The position numbers and the translations under genes are program-made. Below, in pieces: positions 1 through 10,761 of a DNA stretch of 64,000 nt. The notes under the pieces were generated by a model. That model was not told the origin of the DNA. It made no database searches and saw nothing but the letters and a program-made list of their open reading frames with translations. This DNA is from Podarcis bocagei (lineage: Eukaryota), in assembly GCA_964188305.1 (NCBI GenBank), contig OZ076894.1, one strand, 5' to 3'. Positions within the stretch are counted from its first letter, which is position 1. Each line of letters opens with the position of its first letter.

Positions 1-451
1 CCATTGTTCCCTCTATAGCTGGTTACCTTGCTTACTGAGCATCATTCTTCTCCCACTGTGGTTGTGGGATGAATGAAACAAGGATGCTAAAGCCCGTAGC
101 ACATTAAAAATGCTATATGAGTGATGATTTTTTTAAAAAGCCCTCTTAATCAGAAGAATTAGGAAGTGATTGTCAAGTTGATATACATAAGGATGCTCAA
201 GTGGTCCAGTCAGAGGGCCTGATGAAAGTACTTCATCAGGTGTTTGGTTCTGCCCATCATCCTCTTGTTTGACTTCAGGTTGTTCTACCCTAGGTGCTTG
301 TAGTAGGAGAAACCCTGAGTGAGGACAAGAATGCTGTGTGATTACAGGTTCTTCTGTGGTGCTTTAAACCTCATAACAAACTTGTTCAGTGAGTTCATAG
401 AATCAACATACTTCAGTTTCAACTAGCATTGCTTTAAAATGAGTCGTTTAT

Positions 452-1332
452 AGTAGTGCTTTCTGATGGTCGCGGTGAATTGTAGTAGAGAAGTCATTGA
501 ATTTTGTGCTTCGCTCCTGAGCCGAACGGAACGAGTCGCCGTGTCTCACACAATTTTGCTTGTTCAACTACCAAACGACCAGAAGGCAGGACTTAGGCTG
601 ATTATGAGTCTGTGAATGAATGCATGGAAGGTGCCTGTAAAATATATGAAGAGCACCTGAAGAGAATGAATCCTAACAAGCCTTCAATTATTACATATAT
701 TAGCCAGTAATTTGATTTCATTGATGACTTGGCTCACCTCAGCTGCCTTGTTTATTGTGCTGATACTTAGACATACCAGACATACAATAAAGACTGGATA
801 AAGGAAAATATCTTATGTCCCTCTCCATAGGCAAGCTCAGCAAGCAAGCAAATAAGACACCATGGTTTAAGGGGGTTTTGAGGGAAGGTGTGTACAGCGT
901 TCTGTAGTGAAAGTTGTTGTATTGTAGTCTTCCTGTTCATTCTTGTTAGTCTGTATTTGAGACAAAATCTGTTAGAATTCCAAGGGGCTTTCTCAGTTTA
1001 AAACTCAAAGAAGTAAGGATATGCCTTCTGCTGGTATTTTAGTTTAATTGTCTTTGCTTAGACCAGCCTTTCTCAACCTGTGGGTCCCCAGATGTTGTTG
1101 GACTACAACTCCCATCACCCCTAGGTAGCAAGGCCAGAGCTCAAGGATGATGGGAGTTGTAGTCCAACAACATCTGGGGACCTTAGACAGTTCTACTTTT
1201 GTTCCTCATTCACGGTATTCACTTCTGCTTTACCACAGTCGCTGTATGTACCCCTCTCTGGGTTTCCCCCCAGTGTTATTTCTTGGAGGCAATGAAGAAT
1301 AAAATAAATACTCTTTAGATAAAAAAAAAGTG
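452..1332 (+). pseudogene. ERH: Processed (retro-) pseudogene of enhancer of rudimentary homolog; CDS remnant 541-855, 3' UTR, poly(A), TSD
   Basis: 541-855 translates, with two frameshift corrections, to (V)[86 protein letters not shown]...QAQQASK*, matching the whole 104-aa ERH without introns. Start codon is ATG>GTG and there are three in-frame stops. AATAAA at about 1298, A9 at 1321-1329. Flanking direct repeats AAAATGAGTCGTTTAT (436-451) and AAAATAAGTAGTTTAT (1333-1348), 14/16. Confidence 0.95.
1064..1182. mobile_element. Palindromic hAT-type MITE (GGACTACAACTCCCATCA family) inside the ERH retrocopy 3' UTR; right TIR missing
   Basis: Starts CAGCCTTTCTCAACCTG. Internal inverted arms GGTCCCCAGATGTTGTTGGACTACAACTCCCATCA / TGATGGGAGTTGTAGTCCAACAACATCTGGGGACC. 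8-bp flanks GCTTAGAC (1056-1063) and CCTTAGAC (1181-1188). Confidence 0.8.
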
Positions 1333-1367
1333 AAAATAAGTAGTTTATTTGTAGATACGAAGTTTTA

Positions 1368-1370
<3 letters not shown>

Positions 1371-1418
<48 letters not shown>
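1371..1418. repeat. (CA)n microsatellite
   Basis: Uninterrupted CA run of about 24 units. Confidence 0.98.
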
Positions 1419-1422
<4 letters not shown>

Positions 1423-1919
1423 CAGGAGGATTGCATTAGGTTGATGCTTGAATACTTTCCCCAAAGTCCAGATTGCTACAGTGAACAGTAGCTTGGATAA
1501 GTGATCTCTTGAAAACAGTGAGTGCAGTAGGTGTGGACACAGGAAGGTCAGCGTTAAGTGCCCTGATGACAGTCCACTTTTAAACATCAGGGTTTTCTTT
1601 TTAAATGTGAAGCTTAAGTGCTTTGCTTTCTGTTCTACAGTTAAATAACGTTTTGAAAATATGCATATATTGCTTCCTGCACTGCATACAAGGAAAGACT
1701 GAGACAAATAAAAAATCATATTCAGAAGTCCTCATTTGGCGACAAAAAGGTAGTGATATACGTGTGTGCTGTTAAACATCATAATAAAATTATGGATGCA
1801 TAATATCCTCAGTTTTGAACAATAGAGGTTTGTCAAAGATTGCATTCAAATAAATGCCAGGTTCTGTTTCTGGCACCTGCAATTAAAGGATTCTGGATCA
1901 TGGGTATAGAAGGGCCCCT

Positions 1920-2180
1920 TTCCTGGAACCCTGGAGAGATGCTGATATACCAAAGTAGTCCTTCTCCAACTTGGTGCCCTTTTGGATTACCACTCCTGTC
2001 AGCAAAGTTGTAGTCTAAGAGCAGCCTATGTGGTGCCTTCCAGAAGTTGTTGAACTACAACTGGCCTATGATCAGGTAATGGGAATTACAGTCTAGCAAT
2101 AACTGGAGGGCAGCAGACTGGGAATCCCTGGTATACATAGTACTTGGGCTTAGCTGGATCAGTAGTTTGACATAAGGCTG
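1920..2180. mobile_element. Degenerate cluster: Squam3-like SINE body interrupted by GGACTACAACTCCCA-family MITE remnants
   Basis: AACCCTGGAGAGATGCTG and TACTTGGGCTTAGCTGGATCAGTAGTTTGACATAAGGC resemble the SINE body seen at 55030-55200. They are split by CTTCCAGAAGTTGTTGAACTACAACT...CAATAACTGGAGGGC. Boundaries approximate. Confidence 0.5.
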
Positions 2181-3863
2181 CATATCAGTATATCCTAATC
2201 ATCAGATGATGGGCAAGGTTCCATCAACACAACACTTTCGAAGGTGGAAATATGACTCTGTTGTGCTTATTAACAAGTTACTCCATTTTGCACTGGTTCC
2301 CTGCCTGTCCCTGTTCACCCACATTCTGACTTTTGGTGTCACTTACACAGCTGGAACTGCATTATTGAAAATGGGTTGGTTTTTATCAGACGTTTTATTA
2401 AATACAAGTTGACTCCCCCTCCCAATTGCTTTATAAGGGAGCCAAGCAAAATAGCAATTGAATTTTACTTCAATGCTGGCAATAGGGCAGCGTCCTCCAT
2501 CACACTGAATGACAGCAGGCTCATTTAAATGGCTTAGGGCAGGCCATATGGCACACACGGTTCTGTCCTCTGAACACCTCACCCCTACTCCCTACTGCCA
2601 GCATTTCCTGTCTGAGGCAGCTGCCTCACGCTGCCTAATGGCAGGGCTGGCACTGGCTCCCTATCCTTCTGGTTTTGTGCAAGACAGCTGCTACCTAAAC
2701 TGTACATCACTCCACATACTACCACCACATCTAAATAATCATGACTGTGAGCAACAAGGACCTTAATTGTATCAAAGCTTCTCATTTGCTTCTCCAACAA
2801 CTGTTGATTCTCTCTCATGCTTGTAGAGATGTCCTGCTACGTTTTGCTGGTAGTCACTGCCTTGCTTAATAGCATGCTGTTTACATGACCATAGAAGAAT
2901 GAACCCCTCTCCTCCAATTTGAGGTTACTACTGTGGTGCTTTGCTTCACTAGCTCATCATTATGGGGCCTTGGGGGCTCTCTTGCATTCACGAATGTGCC
3001 TCTTACGGGAAATCCTCTTTCATTCCTAAGTTAAGATATCATTGGATCCTTTTCTTATTATTTTCATTAACTGAATTAGAAACTCCTCCCTCTTCTGGTA
3101 CTTGTCTATGACACTCCAAGCCATCTGTCTCAGGATAAGATTTTGGAGCAGCTCCTAAGGTTCAGGATACATCTCCCTGGAAATCTTTAGGTAGTATTTC
3201 CGCCGTCTTGTCCTGTGTCTTGCTTCCTATTATTCTATATATCCCTCCCTCTTGAGAAGATGCTGAAAATGAACCAAGAAAGATACAGACATTAGGAAAT
3301 ATGGAAAATGGCTTACATTGCCTTAGCTCAAGTTCTTAGCTGGTTCTGACATGTTTATTGTTACATGAACAGGGCTTAGAGTGGGATCTGCCAACTTGGT
3401 TAGGTTACTCTAAATCCCAGGGAAGAGTCTGCCATGCACTGAAAAGTTAGCATATAAAAATGCGAACTAAAGATGTTGTACCACTTTAAATGTCTAATTT
3501 TCCCTTGGACTACCCTAGATATTTTAGGTAGCAAGTGCTGTCAGCACTGTCCCTAAGAGCTAGGTCTTCATTTTGGCCCTGCATTGGTAACAGTGTAGGC
3601 TTGAGTGCAGACTTCCTGGGGAAAAGAATGCACTTATTTCTATTATTGCAGTGCTGGATGGTAGCTGCCTCATTTCATCTCTTCCCTACCTATTTAAAGG
3701 AAGCTGCCGTTGGTGCTGCTTCATTGGAGAAATGGTCCTATAGTGGCATAAGAGCACTGTATTAGAGGCTTTGTCGGGTGAAGATGGGATTAAGTGGGAG
3801 CAAGCTGTAGAAGTGAGTTTAAGGGTCTCAAGAAGGTAAGTGGGTGGGTGAACGCGCACGTGT

Positions 3864-3864
<1 letters not shown>

Positions 3865-3910
<46 letters not shown>
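3865..3910. repeat. (CA)n microsatellite
   Basis: Direct observation. Confidence 0.97.
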
Positions 3911-3912
<2 letters not shown>

Positions 3913-5059
3913 CATGTACGTATGTAGAGCTGTCTCCTTTGCCTCCCATAGCATGCTTCTCTAGTATGTTTCAGAGCAGAGGCTTGTATTGCAATAGCTG
4001 AAGGCCTGATTAGCATTAAGCTGCCCACGTGTTAGCTTGCTCTTGGTGAAAAATACTTTGCCGGCCAAGCAGGGCATGCCAAAGCAGGGTAATCTTTCTG
4101 CACAATCATGACTTCTGTGCTAACTAAAACATCTAATTTGGCTTGTGCTTGAAATAGCGCCTGGAGGGTACACTCCATGAAGTATCATAGTTGTGCAACA
4201 CCCATACCTTCCAAGTTGGGCTGTGCAGAGTACTGACATGGGCCCTACTGAAAGGAAAAGAGGTTGCACTGACTTTAGCAGTGCTTGGTGGGGTGTGTGC
4301 CTTTGATCAGGTTAACTCACTCAACTGTGGGACTTTCTCTGTTGTCTTGGAAGCTCTGACAATGTCAAAATAGCTTTGGATTTAAAAACCAGACACCTTG
4401 TCACCAATTGGCCTAACTGGCAGGTCATGCAGATTTTTATTTTTATTTTGTTCTAGCAGAAATATGGATGGCTTTGCTGCACATAATCACTTAGAAAAGA
4501 CATTTTGAATGCAAGGTATTGGCATATGAGAGCTGCTTTGCTGTAGTTGTTTTTAAATACTATAGCCGAGGTTTTTTAGGGGGGGGGGAACAGTGTGATT
4601 TTTACAGTTAAATTTTTTTATGGAAAAATGCAGGTGCAATTGTGGGGTTTCTAGCTATTTGAGGAATTGAGATCTGTTCTGTTTTTGTTTTTTCTTGTTT
4701 CTTTCCATTTCCTTCTTTTAAAGGAAACAGATGCATTCTTGTAACCGAGATCTGAGAGTGACATTTCTCCAATGAGAGGACACAAGGGGGGGGGGAGAAT
4801 TCAAGAACTACATGCCAAAAGCTTTTTACTCTGGATGACAGGCCAACATATAATTGTCTTTAATGACTTGATTACTGTTGTGCCACATAAACCTGTAGCA
4901 TTGTTATTTAGCACTTTGTACATGCTGCTGTATAGATTTACAGTCTTTGTCCTCCAAATAACAACTCTCTGTTGTTCCCATTATGTCAGGTGTGAAGGGT
5001 GACTTGCATAAGCGACTCCACCAACTAACTTGTTCGTGTGCTTAGTTGAGGTGACACTC

Positions 5060-5250
5060 CAACCCTCTCAGGTTGGCAGAGTGAGCCTCTTGGTAATTCC
5101 ACTATCCTTGGCTGTGCAGGGTATGGTGGCCCAGAAAAGGGCTTTCTCTGTGGTGGCCCCTAGGTTGTGGAACTTCCTTCCAACACAGGTGTATCTAGTA
5201 TCTTGGTTGTATAGCTTCCACTGTGCGCTGAAGATGCAAGTCTTAACAGC
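5060..5250 (+). mobile_element. L2/CR1-group LINE 3' fragment
   Basis: ORF 5030-5359 contains KRAFSVVAPRLWNFLP, the characteristic C-terminal motif of L2-type ORF2, followed by a T-rich 3' UTR. Confidence 0.75.
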
Positions 5251-6677
5251 TAAGGTATTTTGTGGGACCCAACTTCTTTTGTTTCACTCTGTACTGTTCT
5301 GTTTCGTTTGGAACAATTTTACTTGTTTTTATAATTGCACACGCAGCTCCGCTTTTTGAACACGATGCATTCCCTGGAATTTGTTCATTAGGCAAGTGGT
5401 CGCATAAGAAGCTGACAATTTCCATTATTTCCTATGAGAATGTGATTTGTCCAATCTCCTCCCACTTCCTCCATAGTTTCTTCCTGAAATGGCTGCAGCC
5501 AACCAGCAAAAAAAAACAACCTGACTTGTTTGATTTCTCTCCCTGCATGGTTTCTGCCCCCAAATGGCCACCACCAACCAGCAAAGCATAAAGAAGTAAG
5601 GAAGTGGGCAAATGCAAGTTGTTCAGAATCTCCAGTGTGTGTATCGAGGTTTGGGTACTATGTTAAGATAAGTGAATTTTCGCACAAGCAGCATTTTGAA
5701 AATGGGACCTGCATGTATCTTATTATATTGGTATAACCTGCCCTGGAACCTTGTAGTGAAGGACATGTAATAAATCTTACATAGATAGACAGACAGTGTT
5801 GTGGAAGAGGCGCACGCGTCTCTCGCTCTCAATTGTGCAGGTATCCAGCCAGTGTAAGCCACGTCCTGTGCTTATGACTGCAGAAGGGCCTTGCTTGTGT
5901 GCTTTTTGCCCTCAGACAAAACAGTACATGGGATGTTGGAGGGGGAGAGACATATGGCTCTTGTCCATAATGCTTTTGCAGTGCCATACTGCGATGGTTT
6001 TTAACTGGAAGCTACCTTGGAAAGTCTTTGAAAAAGCCTTGATACACAGTGTTACTCTGCAACATCTGCACCGTTTTGACAACTGTGCTATTGTGCAGAC
6101 TCAAGATAGCACTCCTGTTGCGGGGGAACCCACACTTCCCTATCACTTTCACAGCAGTATTTTGCTTCAGGAGTCACATGGCTCCCTTCCAGCTTCTCAA
6201 GGTCTACCTCGCATTCCCAGCCTAGCCCAAGATCCTCATATCTGTGTTTTCTTCTCCCTTTCCTTGGCTCAAACCAGGGAGAGAAAACAGAGATGGTGTT
6301 TCTGTTTGCATTTTGCAAACATTTCTGATCTTTTTTCCAAGGTCCCCTGGTTATTTTTTTAGGTCCTCTAAGTGCCACCAGCCATTCCAGTGATTGAATT
6401 TTCCAGAGCTAAATATTGTGCTCTAAATTATGCAAGGGGAACCAGGTTGTGTCACTTGATGCTGTTTAACAAGAGGGGGTGTTGCTTTCCTTTGCTTTAT
6501 TAAAATTTCAGCGTTCAGTTGGATCTCTCTTGCACAGGCTCTCTTGCAATAAGAAAACATAAGGGAACTGGACCTCTTACGCAGGCACAAATGCTCCAAG
6601 GTTTGCTTGCACCAAGCCGCTTTGTTAAACCCTTTGCCTTAGTTTTGTAGCTTTTCAATCTATTGTAACACAAAATA

Positions 6678-6871
6678 CAGTGGTACCTCCGGTTGCGGAC
6701 AGGATCCGTTCTGGAGGCCTGGCCAGATCCTGACGTTTTCGCAACCGGAGAGACCGCTTCTGTGCATGTCTGTGCGGCAAAATCCTGGAAATATACTTCA
6801 CTTCCGGGTTTGCTGCTTACGTATCCCAAAGTTTACATACCCAGAGGGATATGTAATCGGAGGTACGACTG
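6678..6871. mobile_element. Tc1/mariner (Tigger/pogo-like) MITE
   Basis: TA|CAGTGGTACCTCCG ... CGGAGGTACGACTG|TA: TIRs with TA duplication, CpG-rich interior. Confidence 0.85.
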
Positions 6872-7643
6872 TATGCAAAAGGGTGAAGAATTTGTTCTCT
6901 GAGATTTATATGGGTCTGATGGTAGCCTTTGATTAGCCACCGATGGTATGTGAGGCGTTCTGATAGAGCAACGCTGCAGATGTTATTAACCCAAACAAAA
7001 CTCCTGAAGTATGGTTGAGACTGCAGCATGGCTAGGTAAGACAGAGCTGTGCTAGTAATTCAGACAAAAGGCATCTTGGATGCCAGGGGGCTTAAAGTTC
7101 ACAATCATCACATTCAGAGGAGTTAACAGTTCCTGTGTGTGTTGATCACCTCCGGCTTGGCAAAGACTATTTACAGTTCTCTGATTGCATCCCCAGTTCG
7201 GTGGCTATATAAACAGATAAATCTTCTTTATAAATTTATGCATATGAAGGCATGTTTGTATATAATTGTCAACTGGCAAGGTACTTATAAATGCTTAACT
7301 ATAAATCTATCTGTGGATGTACATATTCAAGACCTGCGTGCTGTTCCCAGTTTTATGTTAGTGTAACTTTGCTATAGAAGTCGTTACAGTTTTTGACTCC
7401 CGTCTGCAGTGCAGAATGCAAAAAAAATAGTTATGCATAACTTCAAATCTGCTACAAGTATATATCATGGCATCCATTTATTTGTTAGCATTTTCAAAAA
7501 TGGGTGTTTTGAGTAAGAGTTAAATTGGACTGGAAAAGTTTATCCAAGGTTTAGACTTCAGTGAATCAAACCATTCTCTCTTGCTGCTCCTTGTGGATAG
7601 AATGTGACTGCAGACCACATTTTATGATGATAGATCCACCTAC

Positions 7644-7682
7644 CTTCCTTCCTTCCTTCCTTCCTTCCTTCCTTCCTTCCTT
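7644..7682. repeat. (CCTT)n microsatellite
   Basis: Direct observation. Confidence 0.95.
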
Positions 7683-7690
7683 ATCCTTTT

Positions 7691-7828
7691 GGGATAGCTT
7701 GGTCAGTAGAGCACGAGTCTCTTAATCTCTGGGTTGTGGGTTCAAGCCCCACATTGGGCAAAAGATTCCTGCATTGCAGGCGGTTGGACTAGATGACCCT
7801 TGGGGTCCCTTCGAACTCTGTGATTCTA
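7691..7828 (+). mobile_element. tRNA(Lys)-derived SINE with CR1-type 3' tail
   Basis: A-box TAGCTTGGTCAGTAGAGC, anticodon-loop-like CTCTTAA, B-box GGTTCAAGCC. Tail GGTTGGACTAGATGACC...GGTCCCTTCGAACTCTGTGATTCTA resembles the CR1 3' end. Confidence 0.85.
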
Positions 7829-8477
7829 AACACACATTTTAAACCTTTAGTCCTCTTGACCCTCAGCTGAAGTGAGGGTTCTGTCATGTGCAGAACTTCA
7901 TTTAATCACATCTGTCATTTGCTCCACTTCCTTGCATCTACCTCTTTTCTTCCTGATTTATCCCTATACAATCAAAACAAACACATCAAAAATAGTACAA
8001 AATTCAGAACTTAAAAACTGCAAGCTAAAACATAAATAAATAAAAATGATAATTCAACAACACTTGATACCACTTTTTTTAAAAAAACAGAACTAAAGAA
8101 CACATTATTGAGTCAGACCATCACCCAAATACGTTTTGTTAAGCAGAAAATTGTTTTGATAAAGAATTTGATTGGTGAATAACATTGGGATTCCAGTTTC
8201 TGTGCTGGATTTAAGATCCTTTAAAAAGTAATTTATCTCTTGCAAGCTGCCCTGGGATCTTTAGATGAAAGGCAATATATAAAAAATAAATAACAAATAT
8301 AAATATATATTTTTATTTAAAAAGCAGCATTTGTGGACTGCACATTTTAATACACAAGAGGGACCTAAGGCTGTTGAGTTCTGTAATCTCCATGTGATGG
8401 ATCAAGGATAAACAAATGGTTAGAGAATGACAGTGATGGGAAATTGGCCAGATACTAAGTTCCAGAAGTGTGAAGCA

Positions 8478-8479
8478 AA

Positions 8480-8510
<31 letters not shown>

Positions 8511-8528
8511 ATTAAAATAAAATAAAAT
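8478..8528. repeat. (AAAT)n / (AAAAT)n microsatellite
   Basis: Direct observation; possibly the tail of a decayed LINE. Confidence 0.9.
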
Positions 8529-9090
8529 ATCACCTTCTAAATAAACACCTTCTAAATAAATGGAAGACCTTGAGCCTTGTGCTGAATAGCATCTTACTTG
8601 GAACACAATGCATTTCCATCAGCAGTCTTTGGTTTTAATTGTGCTAGCGACTCCTATGTGGGCTGCCCTCATTCTTCAGTTCAAAGGTGAGTTATTGAAA
8701 GCTTACCTTTGTGAACAAGAGGTGGGGAAAAGATCAAATTCTAGAAAGGGAATTAGTTTATAATTAAACAGTACAATCAAACTATATCCAGTATCAATAA
8801 TATTCAGTAACAAACCCTATATACTCTATAGAAGTATTACAGTCAGAGCAGGTCGAGAGAGGTATTGCCCAGAAACAAGCACAGTGCAGAATGAATGCTT
8901 ACATAATTCAAAAGATAAACATGATACTGAAAACTATTTTGAAGTGATAGCCTGACACGGTTGAACTAGATTCCTACAGGACGTCAGGGGTGCCAATGCT
9001 CACATTACTTCTTTCATTGGTGCCGGGGTAAATTTTGAAGTGTGGGAGTTTCTCATGATGGCGAGCGGGACTCACCAGAAGGGACTCCTG

Positions 9091-9154
9091 TCCTTCCTTC
9101 CTTCCTTCCTTCCTTCCTTCCTTCCTTCCTTCCTTCCTTTCTTTCTTTCTTTCT
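9091..9154. repeat. (CCTT)n(CTTT)n compound microsatellite
   Basis: Direct observation. Confidence 0.95.
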
Positions 9155-9604
9155 TGCCTGCCAATGACATTCATTGTGTACTTTCACTCATTGGACTTTT
9201 ATCAAAATATGAGTGCCAGCATTTTATTTTATTACTTCTAAAAAAAACCCACTTAAAACAGCCCCCCACCCCCCACCCTGTGCAGAGTGGAGAGGTCAGA
9301 CAGATACTTGAAGGGTTAAGCTGGTTGTGGGGGCCCCCACCAGAGACCAGATGCTTTTTTGTTCAAATTTATAACTAATCGGACTCCCACCTCCGGCCTC
9401 AAACAAGCTCTGCAGGGGCCTGATGCCCCCACAGTCATCATCCCCATAAATACATTCTTCCCCTCCAACCGCCCCCCCGCAAAGCTGGTGGCCTAAATGT
9501 GTTTATTTGGGACTTACCTTTCACAAAAAGGTAGTCTTTTCTTTCTCTGGTGTGTGTAATTGTGTTATGCATCTGTCTGTGCATGAGGGTGGGGTGTGTG
9601 TGGA

Positions 9605-9785
9605 GCTGTGTACACACTGCACCCATTTGAAGCATAGTCTTACCCTCAAGGAATTCTGGGCATTGTAGTTTCCCCCTTAGAGTTACAATTCCTAGCAACC
9701 CTTAGAAAACTACAGTGCCCAGAATTCTTGGGTGGGAAGGGGATGTGATTCGAATGTGCTTTTAAGTTATGCTTGTATGCAGCCT
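9605..9785. mobile_element. Degenerate palindromic MITE (GGGAACTGTAGTT/AACTACAGTTCCC family); related copies near 27960-28180, 45030-45150, 50150-50230
   Basis: Inverted arms GAATTCTGGGCATTGTAGTTT / AAACTACAGTGCCCAGAATTC, with the same motifs recurring in the window. Confidence 0.65.
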
Positions 9786-10616
9786 CTGTGGGGGGTGGGT
9801 GTGTGGGTGTGTGCCTGGGCTTATTTTCTATTTAACAGACTTTATGTGAAAACAGTAACTCCATATTAAATGAGAGAGTAATAGGGGATGGCATTGTGAA
9901 AAGGACAGCAGGTGGACTCTCTGCAAAACCTCCATGCATGAACAGTACCAAGTCCGCAGTAAACTGCTTTGTGGAAGTGTCATACTTCTCAGATGCAGTT
10001 TTTCCCAAGCTGAGTTACTGAAAACTCTGCTGGTAGGGTCTGGAAAAGCAAATATGGGATTTGTTTATTTGTTTGTTTTCCTCACTTTCTTGTTTCCCTC
10101 TAGAGATTATTTTATTTCAATGTCTTTTTTTGTACTTGCTGTTAAATGTTATAGTTGCGTCTGCAAAAATGGTTCCAGACTGAAAGAGCTCTACTCTTAT
10201 TTTCCCCAAGCCTTGTTGTTAAGCTGGAATCTCTGCTTGTTCTCCTTGATTTGTATAGATAAGATAACCAGACATTGGTTATCTTATTGTCCTCTGCTGA
10301 GTTTCCGGCTTGACTTTTTCTTCCTCTGTCTCCACACTTTTTGAATTTGAGCAGGTAAAAACAATAAACTTAAAAGCCCCTCACCCTGCAAGCAACAAGT
10401 ACAGATGACATCATCTCTCCTGCTCTACAGATCGTGTCTGCACTCTGCCCTATTCTCTTTGAACTACATTTTTAGATGTCCACCTGGGGTGCTTTAATCA
10501 TAGTGTGTACTTAAAAATGTAAAATATTAATACATCAAACATGATTTTGTGAAAAAGTTTATCCTATGGGTATGATCAGCCAGCCCTGATTGTCTGTATC
10601 TTCCTGATTATAGTAG

Positions 10617-10761
10617 ACAATCCTGGGCATGTCTACTTAGGAGTAAGCCACACTTTGTTCAATGGGACTTTCTGCCAGGTAAGTCTTTCAATACTATTTA
10701 CCTGAGAATAGGCCTCATTACCCAGTGGGATTTACTACTGAGTAGGCATGCACAGGATTGT
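10617..10761. repeat. Palindromic interspersed repeat (inverted dimer); monomer-like relatives near 13915-13985, 24555-24615, 29880-29950, 43620-43700
   Basis: Ends ACAATCCTGGGCATGTCTACTTAG and CTGAGTAGGCATGCACAGGATTGT are reverse complements at 21/24. Confidence 0.7.

Noticed and set aside
1345-1719. ORFs with VCVC, poly-L, poly-E or KEGR runs (also 3686-4028, 8974-9378, 52872-53202)
   Set aside because: These are translations of microsatellites.
5796-6362. 188-aa ORF and the many other 60-170 aa ORFs in the track
   Set aside because: No recognisable homology, mostly non-ATG starts, no coherent splice structure. Expected by chance in six frames.
7691-7760. Functional tRNA-Lys gene (likewise tRNA-Ile-like head at 29041)
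   Set aside because: Stems are mismatched, there is no T-run terminator, and the sequence continues into a CR1-type tail, so these are SINE heads.
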